Origin: Penicillus capitatus
Taxonomy: Eukaryota; Plantae; Chlorophyta
Length of the DNA: 64,000 nucleotides
Assembly (NCBI GenBank): GCA_965649825.1
Contig: OZ287702.1
Coordinates: 982,786 to 1,046,785 of the forward strand
Direction: 5' to 3'
Part shown: positions 1 through 12,114 of the stretch, in pieces
Layout of the letters: every line of letters starts with the position of its first letter
Numbering within the stretch: the first letter of the stretch is position 1
Position numbers and translations under genes: made by a program
Notes under the pieces: generated by a model
Told to the model about the DNA's origin: nothing
Databases searched by the model: none
Seen by the model: the letters and a program-made list of their open reading frames with translations, nothing else

Positions 1-2240
1 AGGTAGGACACATCGTAGAGTGATATGTGCACGCGAGTGTTCGATGCCACATTCATCGTCTCGTGCTTTCTGAGGTGGAGCTCTGGAGTGGTGGCTGTAT
101 GGCAGAGGACATGCTAGTATCGTTGCAGCGACCGAGACAGCTGAATCTTCACCTTTATGGGGTGTTTTGTTCTGGCCGACCTCAAATGTTCTGAACAAGT
201 TTTAAGATGCAGAGGAAGGAGCTCTGATAGAAATGATAGCAGCGTCGGCGTGCACGCGTGAGATCGTTGTACCTGTTGATACGCGTTGAGGGAATCGGTG
301 TTACATCGTAGCAATTTCTATTGGACGCCCAGAAAAATCAGAGAGCAGAGTGGAGCGAGTGTTGGAGGACAACATGATGATGTGTTACACGTGTGAGTGT
401 TTACAGTACATGTGCGTGCAGGACGCCATTCTGTAGTCTCGATACTTTTCCAGTTGGAAAAAACAGACAGCTCTCAGCAATGAAACCAACAGCAATGTTT
501 ACATGAAGAAGGATCGTCTCGATGTGCCAGTCTCCTCAAAGTGAGCAACGCAAGCATTGCGGTGCATCTCAGGAGACCAACCAGGCTGCTATACAGCTCC
601 AGACGGCCATTCGGCAGTGAGTTGTGTCGCCGTCTTGGGCGAAACAGACACTACGTTGACGGGATCGCTGTATTCCCTGCTGGATGTGGTGTACCTGAGG
701 CAATGCAATTCCTCTCCATGGGGATGAGGACATCGCCATCCCTAAGCAGGCAAGACAGTTTCACGAGCCACAGGTACCTGTGCGTTTGTGGATGCACCGA
801 AGAAAAGGGGAAGCTGCACCAAGAACAGTCGTCGAACAGTTCCCATCGTAACCCAAAGACGGCCAACCAGTTCTGCCAGGGCCGCCTGGAGAAGCTCATG
901 CACTGAGAAACTGAGAGATGGGACGACGGAATGGTTTGTGCTGGTCTTGAAGACGAGAATCCACCCTGCTGAATGAGCAAGTGCGTCGGTTCGCACCTTC
1001 AGCAGACGTCGTTGAAGGCGGGGAACGCGTACAGATTCAGTATACGCAACCGTGAATTCCAGAGACCGTTGGCAAATTCGCCCCCGATCCTGCACGACAA
1101 GGGCCAAGATGCACATGGGTTACACTGTAAAGCGCGCGCCACGAGTCGTCGACTCGGCGCTAAGGCAGCGCTCCAAGGCTCGGTGGACCGGAGATTGGCT
1201 TCACAGGCGCCGGAGGCAACGGCCTTTGACATGGAGTCAAGTCGAGAGCACACGGAATGCCTCCCTGCGGCACGGACAGGAGACAGGTCAAGCCCAATCC
1301 AGATGTGGTTTCTGTCCAGCAAGACTGTCCAGTCTCGAACCTTGAATCGGACTCGGTATCCAGACGTCTAAGCATTGATGAAACTGTCCCCGAGGAAAGT
1401 CTGATCTCTATGACACCGAGATCGACCAGTTTGTTCTCTAAGATCCGGCACCCTCTGCATGGCTGGTGTGACGACTGGAAATCTCGGATGCTCAAATGGC
1501 CAACAGAATTCTCAGCAGCCTTACTTGGGCACTGGCTGAGAGAATGTGGATGGCCGTCGCCAGACAGAGGGCAGCTGACAGTTTGCATGCCAGAAGTGGC
1601 TGTGTGTCCAACGTGTCTGATTATTGGCATGTCACTAGAAGAGTTCGCGCGGATGGCCTGTCTGACAATTGTCTCACAGAGGTTGGCCGGTGCAGCTTCA
1701 GTTCGATTCGATAACGAGGAATCCGGCGAAGATGATTTCCTCCGACGTCAGGCGTCAGGATGGTACCTAGATCAATCCTTGGCTGACAGATCTGAGCAAA
1801 GTGGATTTCGAGAAACTCCTTTCGACGGCGTTCGATATATCCCCATCCAAGAGGCCTTTCAGGAATTGCTAGTTTCATCACCTGGTCGTTGTCGATGTGT
1901 GATTCCATGGGACTCTGAAGAATCTTTACTCGAGAATTGGCTGTTGCCAGGTGGTGCACTTTCCAAAGCAATAAGCATCTCGCCAAGTATTGTATTGTGT
2001 GCACTCCGCTTCCGACGCGTCGACGATGTTCGCCATACATGTGCTAAGAATCTTGAGAAGCTGTTCATTAACATTTCGATTGTTTTTCCGCACACAGTCG
2101 TTTTGCTTCTGTTTTTACAAGGAATGTTGCTTTCTGCTTTCATCCTATGTCTACCTAAACTCATCACCAACCCTTTGATGCCCATCTGGAAGCACAATAT
2201 CGTCCTCTGTGGAGCTCACCAGACGCTGCCGATTTTCTAG
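1..2240 (+). CDS. 5'-truncated multi-exon gene for a large protein; C-terminal part weakly resembles the ERCC4/XPF-like region of SHOC1/ZIP2; may extend to about 2980
   Basis: Chain of GT-AG-bounded open segments from the window start plus a 327-aa ORF (1257-2240). AISISPSIVLC...CAKNLEKLFINISIVFPHTVVL recalls plant SHOC1 from memory only. Exon structure not fully resolved. Confidence 0.3.
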
Positions 2241-2880
2241 AAAGGTAGAAATCAAAATGTTTTTAACACATCCTCGCCCGTTTCTGTCAATGATACCTGA
2301 TTGCAGAACAAAGATGATTCAAAACAAAACGAGTGTAACAAATCACGTTGCGGTACGTGGGTAAGAGAGAAATTATGGGGAATCCATCGATATCCGGCGC
2401 CGCATCCGACGACGGTAATTTCATTTTGTCGGTTAGTTTCATGTTACAGTGGTTCACAGTAGGCATCATGCGCCTTGGCATGCAGTGTTCGATCCAATCC
2501 AAAGTGTCCGTGCATGTCATCTGGCTAATCATCAGACTTGTGAGAGGACAACTAGGCGGCAATGGTGACAAGATGCCTGCCAATGAGTCCCCGACTGGAC
2601 CACACCGTGCACGGCAGACAATGATCCCGTTTCAGGATCTTCTGTACAGTAAAAGAGGTCGATTTTTTTGCGAGTGATGTGAAACTAGGTTCTGGATTTC
2701 GTTGTTGGCATCTTTCCTTCTTACTTTCCAACCATTAGAACGTACATAATCTCCTTTTTTCGATGTGGGTGGATTGATTGGTATCTAGACGAACGAGTGA
2801 AATCATTGCGTTAGAACAGTACCTGTATCACTCCTTAAATGGCTGTTCAAGTCGACAGTCCGCATTTCTAGACACCTGGG

Positions 2881-3248
2881 TCATACAAACAGCTTATCTG
2901 AAGATGACCATCGATCACCACACGATCTATGTGGATTTCTCCGATGCTCAACGGTCTGCAGTACGCCTTCGTCATCGATCATGTAAAGACCTGATCGCAC
3001 ATTTCAGCGAATCCCATGTCTAATCCAGCCATACCTGTAATGTCACCCAGTTCGTCAGACTCGGACAAAATGGACGGCGTTGTAAATCGAAAAATCGCCG
3101 TTCCATTCGTCCCGTCCACCGAACGTGTCAGACGAACATCTGGAACGGATTTCTCTTCGATCCCGCGGATAAACTCCAACGATGTCTTGGCCACGACGGG
3201 CTGAAAAGCGAGACGAGGTGGAGGGGCACGACGCAGTGCAGAAGGCAT
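2881..3248 (-). CDS. PSB28: Photosystem II assembly factor Psb28, with the conserved C-terminal third not found
   Basis: Transit-like N-terminus, then [32 protein letters not shown]...LGDITG, a 44-nt GT-AG intron, then [13 protein letters not shown]; similarity stops after that. Confidence 0.85.
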
Positions 3249-3504
3249 AGTCCCTGTCCAATGACAAACAGGCATCGATACAAGGGTTCTTTCACGAAGG
3301 GACAAAACACAGAGAGATCTCAAAAAAGAGACGCACCGCCTAGAGCCGTTTTGCTACCGAGAGATCTCGCATGCATTGTGTATGTGGCAAAGGGAAAGAG
3401 GAAAGGGGACAGTCTTAGCGGACAGAATGACGACGAGAAATGGCGAAATGGGTGGAATGGCCGGTCGTGTCTGAGACGCCCGTCTGTATGACGATTCTCG
3501 TCTG

Positions 3505-5210
3505 ATGCTGCCGTCACGTTCTCTATTCCGTGCAGTGCTACGCCATGCTTCTATTGTTGCAACAGAGACGCGGCCTTTCGTCGTCAATCGCCGTCCAACG
3601 TGGGGCCCGACGACAACGCGATCGCATTTGGCAATGTTGACGGCGAGTGTATGGCAGAGCGGAGACGCCGTATTGGAGGAGGTCATTTCTGTTACGTTTG
3701 TTATCAACGCTTCCTTCTCACACAGTGATTTATGAGTGAGAAAGAGTGAGAAAGAATGGGGATGACGTAGATTGTGGAGATGCCCAGTTTGTCGCCGACC
3801 ATGACGAAAGGAGGATTGCTGCGTTGGCACGTGAAGGAAGGAACAGCAGTCGAGAGCGGAGATACCATTGCCGAGATCGAAACCGACAAAGCGACGTTGG
3901 ACTTCGATACGATGGACGAAGGCATCATCGCGAAGATTCTGGTGGCGGCTGGAACAAAAGACATCGAAGTGACACGATCGATCTCTCGCGTGCGATTCTG
4001 GCAGAAGGGGAGAGTCTTAGGTCGGCACACCTATTGCCGTTCTGTTCGAAGAGAAGAAAGATGTCCCGGCCTTCCAGTCTTATAAAGGACCGGAATCTAG
4101 TGAGACACCCACGCAGACGGTGTCCGAAGCATCGCCGTTGCCTGTCCATCAAACGGTGCCATTTGCCACGCGATTTGTCTGCGTGCCGATACGTTTGGGA
4201 TGGAGGTGGAGGATGTCAAGATCGGTCCCGCTGCAAGGAAGCTAGCCCGTGAGAAAGGCCTTGTGCTCAACGATCTTCGGGCGACAGGACCGAAAGGCAT
4301 TGTCACAAAGGAAGACGTTCTGCGAGCAATGGCGCCTCCAGATCCGGTCTCCGTTGCTCCGCCCTCCACACCGCGTACTAAGCAGGACAAGCCAAAGGCA
4401 GAAGAGCCCAAAACTGCGCCGCCAACAAACTATCGTGACATTCCTCTGACGCAAATGCGCAGAGTCATTGCACAGAGAGTTCTTCAAGCCAAGACAACGA
4501 TCCCCGGTATCTATTTCAGCATCGACTGTGATATCACTGAGGTGCAGCAGCTACGCGAGACACTCAAATCTGCTGGCGCAAAAGTGTGACATTTTTCGCT
4601 ATGTCATCAACTATGAGAGTTAGAGATGCTGTAGATATCGCTGAACGATTTCGTGACAAAGGCAGTGGCCTTGTCCTTACGCGACGTTCCATCAGCCAAT
4701 GCTTATTGGGATGAAAAGGAGCTGTGCCTAAAGCCATGGACATCTGTGGATATCTCGATTGCTGTCTCGACACCGACGGGGCTCATCACTCCCATCGTGA
4801 AACAGGCCGACGGCAAAACTCTCAAGACAATCGCTCAAGAAATTCGCGATCTGGCAACGAAAGCACGAAACGACGCACTCAAACCGGAGGAGTTCATCGG
4901 CGGCACCTTCACCATCTCCAATTTGGGTACAGAGGCCACCATCTGAATAGAAGATATGGAGTGCATGACTGGAATGTTTGGTATCGATTCCTTCTGTGCC
5001 ATCATCAATCTCCCTCACAGTTGCATCATGGCTGTCGGCGGATCGCATTCAGAGATTGGCTACGTCCAAGGGACTCGGCAACTCGCGATGATCCCAAAGA
5101 TGACGGTTACGCTAACGGCAGATCATCGTGTGTTTGATGGAGATCTGGCACATCGCTTCCTAACAGCCTTTCGGCAATACATAGAACATCCATTGCCACT
5201 TCTCGTGTAG
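3505..5210 (+). CDS. DLAT: Mitochondrial pyruvate dehydrogenase E2 (dihydrolipoamide acetyltransferase), single lipoyl domain
   Basis: MPSLSPTM and EIETDKAT lipoyl motifs, E3-binding PAARKLAREKG, catalytic GGTFTISNLGMFGI and TADHRVFDG; five short introns. Confidence 0.95.
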
Positions 5211-5221
5211 AAGATGTCTTG

Positions 5222-7967
5222 TCAATTGGTGTATAGATGAATGTTCCCATCGCCCCCTGCTGTAAAGAGCCATGGTTGGGTCGGATGAAAGATGCAATCC
5301 AATACTCCAGAGAAATCGGTAAAGGTATGTCCTCGAAGAATCTTCACTGGGACGATGAGAGCATTCATGGTCAAATCCTCATAGACCATACCATGGAAGA
5401 CCTGTCACATCATGCATTCGCCCATATATAATCATCCGACACAACGGTATGACCTGGACTGTGGCATCGTCGGATGCGGAGGCGAAGAGTGGGTAGCTTG
5501 GATGAAAGCGGACACTCCGAATGGCGTGTTTGTGGAATTTCAGCGCCTTGTAGGGACGGACGGATAAGTCCAGATCGTACCAAGCCAGTTGGTTATCTTC
5601 TCCGCCCACCAACAGATTCTCGCCACCTACAGTTCCATTTCATTCGAGTAAGGGAATCGCTGATGTGACAGCAACAAGTTGTGCACCTCGATGCATATCC
5701 ATACATGTCATGGATCCCTTTCTCTTGATCGAGAGTTTCTTCACGATCTTCTGTTTGATCAAATCGTAGATCCTTAACTATGGCACAAGATGTGTATGTG
5801 CCATTGGTGATAGGACTTATACTCTATCTTCTGCCAGGACGATGAAGTGAGGTTTTGTTAGATGGAAGTGCACTTGCACCATTTTTCCGTGGCTCTTCTT
5901 AAACGGATTCTGTGTTGCCTTGTGCGAAAGGCGATGAATCAAGACAGACTGAGAGCATACCAGAAATCACATACGCAGCGTTTTCATGCGGACTCACTCA
6001 CTTTCGTGCCTCCCGTCGGCTGAACTGTCGCAAAGTAGTCTCCCTGCGAGTGCCAAGCAACATCGTCGACCAAGAAAGGATGCTCGACATCAATGCCACC
6101 ATCTGCTCTTTGGGACCATTTCACAAACGCAGAAGTATCTTCTCGCGTCTCCGCTGCCGAGATTCTCAGAATGCTTTTGGGCAGAGATGGACTTGACTGA
6201 GGAAGGGCCACAGGTATCAGCATGAGATGCTTCCCCGCCACAATCGACAACACTTTCATCTTTGGATGCCAGACAACGCGTCTGACAGGTGTTGAGCTCG
6301 CGAATGTAAAAACACAGCGTCCTGTCAAAACCCAAGGACCCAATCACTCTTTTTTAATCAGATGTGTGACCTACTTCCCACACTTTGGCTGTACCATCAT
6401 CGGATCCAGAAACGAGCCATTGACCTGAAGGATCAACGCTTAGAGATCGAACCTAGAGGCGCTATTCAACAGGGAGTGTATCATCGCAGCGTCCTTACCT
6501 TTCCTTTGTGCCCAATGTATTTGAGATAAAGTACTGTGGGAAACGGTTGGAGATCTTTGGGTTTAGGTAAGTCCGGAAAGAGCTGCCGTCTGTCTGTGGC
6601 CTGATTCTGTCGCCTAGGTTTCATTCTGGGACACATAAACAAGTCCAAACATCGCTCGAAAACTTCCCGAGCATATCTCTCGTAACCAGGAACCTAAACT
6701 TCTCAATCTTCATTTCTACCATTTTGCCTTATGCTTTTCTCGCCTTTCTAAGAAAATCAAAAGACTGCGGAATGAACTTGGGATACGAATCTTCTTTGTA
6801 TTTTTCATTCTGCTCCTCCATTGCTTTTTTCTCACTTTAAATGAGAGTTGTCTCAATGTCTATAAAGAGTGAGAGGCGTTTGCTTTTGTGGGGAGGTATT
6901 CTTTAGGAGGATGGTACGATTCATCATGACCAGGCAGCGGTCTTTTCGGTGGCTGCAGATAAGCCAATCGGCTACCCTCGCGTTCATACCTTCCATCTTC
7001 TGCCCAGATCATATACGGATCATCCGGATCTCGCGGCGCACGATCTGCTTTCTTAATGATCCCAGACTTTAAGGCCTGGACCAACTGAGCCACCTTTCGT
7101 TCTTCATACTGTGACGGTACAAAACTGCAAACAGAACATCCGGCACCCACTTCGAATGCCCCGCGTCTGACAACCTTGATTTGGGTTTGAGAGCATTCGA
7201 GAGGGGATGAATGCGTATTTTGCTGGAGAACCAGTTGGGATACTCAAAGTACGGCTCCATCTGTGCATCGGGCAGTTTGCCTTTCTTGATATTCAACAGC
7301 ATTCTTAGGTCCTCTCTCGAGATCTGAACCTCTTCGTCGTTTAAGGATCGTGAAAACTTGTCACCAATCCATCCTTGTCCATCTTCTCCAACAAGCGATC
7401 CAATCGATCTTTTCTTTCGGATTTTGTAATCTTTTTTCCGTTTATGTCGTAGCCGATATGATCCTCGTGCTGATACCATTTCAATGGAACATCGCCAACT
7501 GCACAAACACACACGATCTTCTACAGGACACAGTGCGAGAGATGACCCGTGTTGCGATTCCGGCGCTCATCTTCTGAGGAATCGCTTCCTGGATCGTGTC
7601 CGATGCCCAATCGATCTCTATCATCCGTTTCCCGATGAGGCAATGCACAGTGAAAGGAGAAGAGTGAGCACCGTTCTTGTAATTTGAGTATCTCTTCGCC
7701 TTCTCTTTTGATTTCTTCCAGATCGATGGACTGGGCGTCCTCGTCGCTGTCCACTTCTGAAGAACGGTGCGCATCTTCGGCATCGTTTTCTGAATCATCT
7801 GGAAGGGACTCCAGCTCCTCGTCACTGGATGCTGGGTCCTCGCTGCCAATGTCGCTGCCGCCGCTGTCGATTTCCAGCACTTCGAATTCGACGAGATCTG
7901 TCGCAGGAGAGGGCTCGATATCATCGACCGCCGCCGAGCTCGACTCTGCTCTCGTGCGCTTCATCAT
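5222..7967 (-). CDS. BOP1: Ribosome biogenesis WD40 protein BOP1/ERB1; apparent 1-nt frameshift near 7345
   Basis: [57 protein letters not shown] repeats, [22 protein letters not shown]; about 10 short introns, two of them GC-AG. Confidence 0.95.
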
Positions 7968-8004
7968 CTGCTCGCCAAATGGAAAGATCAACGACGCATT
8001 CGCG

Positions 8005-8928
8005 ATGCGCCTCACTGTGATCGGCGTCTCGCCTTCTGCGACTCCACGAGCTCATAATCTGGACCGGGACAGTGGCGCTGATGCAGCGCGGCCTCCTTGC
8101 AGGAATGGAGGACAGTCACGCGCGCAGGACGGGATATCGCCGAGACATCTCTTGACTCGACGAGCAATGCTGAGCCTGATACCTATGGCCCTGGTGTTGG
8201 CAGAGAAGCCAGAGACCAACGCGAATGTCTTGGAAGACGTCACACGAAAGGCCATGCGTCCGGATCTCGAATTACAACAGGCACTGATCATCCTGCTCGA
8301 CGCCCGAAGCGTGCTGCGTCGAATACAGGTCAGAGACACACTTCCGTTTCAAACAAGCACGACCTGGTTGGTTTAGTTGGTTGCGGAAACGCCACAGCGA
8401 AGCATCGAACGCCGAGAGCTCAATCCGCAATTGCCAGGTTGATGTAAGCTACTTCACTGAAGAGAAGGATGACTGACGCCTGTACGAGGACAGGAATGGC
8501 GCGTCGGCTGAGAATGGTCGGCCAAGCGACGCCCATTGTGGCTGCCGTGATATCCGGTAGGGAAAAGGAACAGAGCGTGTCGATCCGATATGGGGGATTT
8601 GGAGAAAAGGGAGAAACGGAGGTGTGCGTCAAGAAGCAGGAATGAACCGGCCAAAATACAGCATCTAGGTTGTGGATGGTGTCTATGCATCCATTGGTGC
8701 CGTCTTGACTTACAGTGGACGCGGCATCCGACCAGAGTTTATCGAAGAGAGGAACGCGGTTGTGGACGAGGCCATCCGAACACTCTCCGACCTCTTGGAA
8801 CAGGTTGCGTGGCGTGAAGGCGCATGATTCATGACGCCGATCGTAATCGGAACAGAATAAAAGAGTACATGCAGGTGCCACAATCAGAGATCGATGCGGC
8901 GCAGAAGATTCGAAGCGCCAGACGGTGA
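8005..8928 (+). CDS. Uncharacterised green-algal plastid protein, probably thylakoid lumen (twin-arginine signal)
   Basis: Transit peptide then TRRAMLSLIPMALVLA; five exons joined by GT-AG introns give a continuous protein ending VPQSEIDAAQKIRSARR*. Confidence 0.7.
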
Positions 8929-9069
8929 AGGGTGGAAGGAAAAGGGATCGCGACAACTCAAGCATTCCAGGTCCTCCATCGGCTGCCTCGGATGGAATCT
9001 TGACTTGTTTCGCTTCTTCGTCCATGGATTTCTGTGGTTTTGTGAACGATCTGCCATGTGAAACCCCAA

Positions 9070-9713
9070 TTGCTAGGCTCAGTTGTTGTTCCATGTTCTC
9101 CATTCGCCGTCTCGGGCAATCCTCTCATCGTCGACTTCTTCCGCTAAGACGTCGTCGCGACTTTGTTATCTTATTTGCCTCGTGGTGAGGCATGCCTTCT
9201 GGTACCCAAGCTCACCTAGATGCTTTCAGTGTTAACACCGAACTTGAATCCTCGTTCTGACTGAAAAGAAAAGGTCCAAGGAACGAAAGGCGTGAAGTTG
9301 GTCTCCCTTCAGCAATACCTCATAAGTTGAGAACGATGACCGCACATGCGTGTTCGCTTCGTCAACTGCCGGCACTGGGATGTTCTCAATGTGCAGATTG
9401 ACGGATTGCAGTCCAGGGATCCATCCTCATCGGCAATCCACAGCCTTCCGAAGTCTGGTAAGGACGACGTGACGGAGAAGGTTCGACAGGCAGAAGATTC
9501 CAGAACCTCCTAATCCAGTTGATTCGTCATCACAGACATTATCGAGGTATTAAAGCTGAGATCTGCATGCGTGTGCTGCGATCTGTCTGTGACGATTTCC
9601 GTGGCGAGTGCCGACCGTTGTCCAGCGCTTTGCTCAAGTCTTCTCGGTGCGTTACTCCGCGTAAAAATCGTCGTCTGGGAGTTATCTGGCGCGTAAATGT
9701 TCAGCGACGCCAT
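9070..9713 (-). CDS. Possible small multi-exon gene of unknown function
   Basis: ATG at 9713, several GT-AG-bounded open segments (e.g. SVNLHIENIPVPAVDEANTHVRSSFSTYE); no unique exon chain found. Confidence 0.25.
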
Positions 9714-9829
9714 TTTACCGGGGGCCGACTGCGCGCTGTGATCTCTCGCTTTGCGTGACCTCGCCGTTTCTTCGTTACCGAACTCGAAAGTTCAACTCGA
9801 AGTGTTTTTCTGCAGTGCTGTGGCTCAAG

Positions 9830-10811
9830 ATGCTCGTCGCGGTCGCATTGACGCTGCTGCTCTCGGCTGCGGTTAGATCCTTGTTTGTTCGCGAGTATCT
9901 AGAACACAAGAGTTTCGCAGGGAGCCATGTCCAAGGATACCGTTCCTTGCGCAAGAAACACGGACGACGTCAACCAACCAAGTGAACATGATAAGCGATT
10001 TCTAAGATCTCTGAACAATTCCTGTAGGCTGCGATGTGATCTTCCACGGAACAAATTGGCCAGGTGAGACCGTACTATTTGAATAAAACTGATCGCTGGC
10101 CGCAGGAAACAATATTGACGAGATCGATGGACTCGGGAGTGCGGACAAGTGCTGCGAAAGGTGCCGCCAAGTTGGACCCTGTAAACCTAACAAATAGAAA
10201 TTCCTATAAATGTCATTGGTATGCGAACTAGATTGCAGTGCATTCGTGTATCACACAGGCAAGGACAAATGTTGGCATAAATCCGCCGCAGTCAATCCAG
10301 AACCGTGCCCTTCGTGTGACGGACGCAATGAATTAGAACAGGTGCGTCCCGTGCTCTTCAATGACATTTTTACAAACCCAAAGAAAATGCACGTTGTTGG
10401 GTAGAGACCAAGATATTCCTGCTACGCTATCTACGGGGAAGATAGACCAGGAGGAGATTATCGGCAAGTTTATCAAGTCAATCAACCCGACGTGTGTTGC
10501 GTGCTGTGTGATGCCGACCCTCGTACAACTCAGAGTCTTGATTGAATACAGCTGCATTCTCGTCTTCTTTGTAGGCTGTTCTTCATGGACCTGGGCTCGT
10601 GATCAAGCTAGATGCTGGCTGAAAAAAGATAATCTCCCGGCACAACCTTGCGATACGTGTGTCCGCGGCGACAAAGCACCGGGTCCAGATCTCACGCAGA
10701 GGTACTTCTCATTCTTTTTCTTCTGCTCATGCGCACATGTTTATTTTCAGACAAGAACATGGTGACCAGAGGTTCCCATCCCGCACAGACGAGGAAGTCG
10801 CATTCTTTTGA
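9830..10811 (+). CDS. Secreted protein with two tandem PAN/Apple domains
   Basis: Signal peptide MLVAVALTLLLSAA; domain 1 CDVIFHGTNWPGNNI...CCERC...CSAFVYHTGKDKCWHKS; domain 2 CYAIYGEDRPGGDY...CCVLCDADPRCSSWTWARDQARCWLKK; six short introns. Confidence 0.8.
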
Positions 10812-10854
10812 AAAGCAGTTTGTGTGCGTCTATCTTGAGGAATCTACTCTCTGT

Positions 10855-11177
10855 TGATGAACCAGTCCTCTGTTGTCTCTCTAAGAAAGCATAAAAGGCG
10901 CAGGACGCCTTCTGAAATCCAGTCCTTTTTTGTGTCGTTGCATCAGATCGATGCATGAGCCATGTTGAAGTGTGCAGCTTTTTGATGAGCCGGTCCTTTT
11001 TTGTGTCATTGAATCTGAAACCCAGTCCTTGTTGTCTGACTGCATCCGATTGGCGCAGAAGCCATGTCGAAGTTGCAGGTTTTGGCGAATCGGTCCTATG
11101 TTGTTTCCTGAAAGAAGCAAAAAGGCGCAGGACGCCTTCTGAAATCCAGTCCTTTTTTGTGTCGTTGCATCTGATCT
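10855..11177. repeat. Degenerate hierarchical tandem repeat between convergent genes
   Basis: Core CC(A/G)GTCCT..TGT at 10862, 10919, 10990, 11022, 11090 and 11146; a block of about 55 nt (AAGGCGCAGGACGCCTTCTGAAATCCAGTCCTTTTTTGTGTCGTTGCATC) is repeated 227 nt apart. Confidence 0.85.
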
Positions 11178-11188
11178 CAACATTTTGA

Positions 11189-12061
11189 TCAAGACGCAGC
11201 AGACGTCTGGAGTCTCATCTCCTGGATGAATGCCTCGACAGCTGCCTCCACCGTTCTGTCAGATGTTCCGCTGCCTTGAGCAATCAAGGCTCTGAATCTT
11301 TCCAGATGGTTCGTTCGAAGCTGGCGGATCCTTTTGGCACATTCGACGAGATCTGCATCACACCTTCGATTCTTCACGTGATGCATTGTATCGGATACGG
11401 CTGCTCTCATCTTCAGATCCAGCTGATGCAGCATTTGTCGATTTGCCTCCGTTCCGACTCTCTGCCTCCGTTCCTTCTCTTCGCAAGTCACTCCACGTTT
11501 TACAGCGGCATGCCAGGAAGCCAACAGGTCATTCGCCAACAACGTGCATGATGTATCGTCGCGCACATCGACGACGCTGGTATCGATCGTATGCAGATTG
11601 CTCTCCCAGTAATGCTGAGATCCATCTGGCAATTCAAACCGCACATGTGCATACTGTATCGTCTCCACTGGCAGCGATACCATACGTCCTGCATTGCGCG
11701 TGATGCAGATGTCTAGAGGGCACTGTACATAAAGCAGATGAAAAGCACAGGACATTTCGGTTGCCAAGAGGAAGAATCTGCGCCGCATGCTTCTGTAGAA
11801 CATGGTATCATCCACGACCAGCAACAATCGTCCCTCTCTCTCACGCTGCAGAGCATCTTGTGCCAGAGTAAAGGCTCGGTCCCGAGCCGCATGCCAATCC
11901 GACGCAGAATACGTCGTTTCTCGCTGCAAGGCGTCAACAGAGATCACGCTGACGTCCACGGGCACATCCAAACGCCGCCATACTCGACAGAGTGTTCGAA
12001 CGAGGGTCGATTTGCCGCTGGCAGGAAGACCGCACAGTAGAATCAACGCAGCCGTCGTCAT
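11189..12061 (-). CDS. PSTK: L-seryl-tRNA(Sec) kinase
   Basis: Intronless 290 aa; P-loop LCGLPASGKST, VDDTMFYRSMRRRFF, LYVQCPLDICITRN, RFELPD..HYWE typical of PSTK. Confidence 0.8.
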   Translation of the reverse strand: MTTAALILLCGLPASGKSTLVRTLCRVWRRLDVPVDVSVISVDALQRETTYSASDWHAARDRAFTLAQDALQREREGRLLLVVDDTMFYRSMRRRFFLLATEMSCAFHLLYVQCPLDICITRNAGRMVSLPVETIQYAHVRFELPDGSQHYWESNLHTIDTSVVDVRDDTSCTLLANDLLASWHAAVKRGVTCEEKERRQRVGTEANRQMLHQLDLKMRAAVSDTMHHVKNRRCDADLVECAKRIRQLRTNHLERFRALIAQGSGTSDRTVEAAVEAFIQEMRLQTSAAS

Positions 12062-12114
12062 GCGTCATTGAATGTCGTCACAATCGCCTCGACTGTGCAG
12101 AGAGTCCATCGCTC

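Noticed and set aside
8420-9103. 227-aa minus-strand ORF
   Set aside because: Largely antisense to the well-formed spliced plus-strand gene 8005-8928; no recognisable motif.
10855-11177. CRISPR-like reading of the repeat array
   Set aside because: Eukaryotic context, degenerate cores, irregular spacing, and the spacers are themselves copies of each other; no cas genes.
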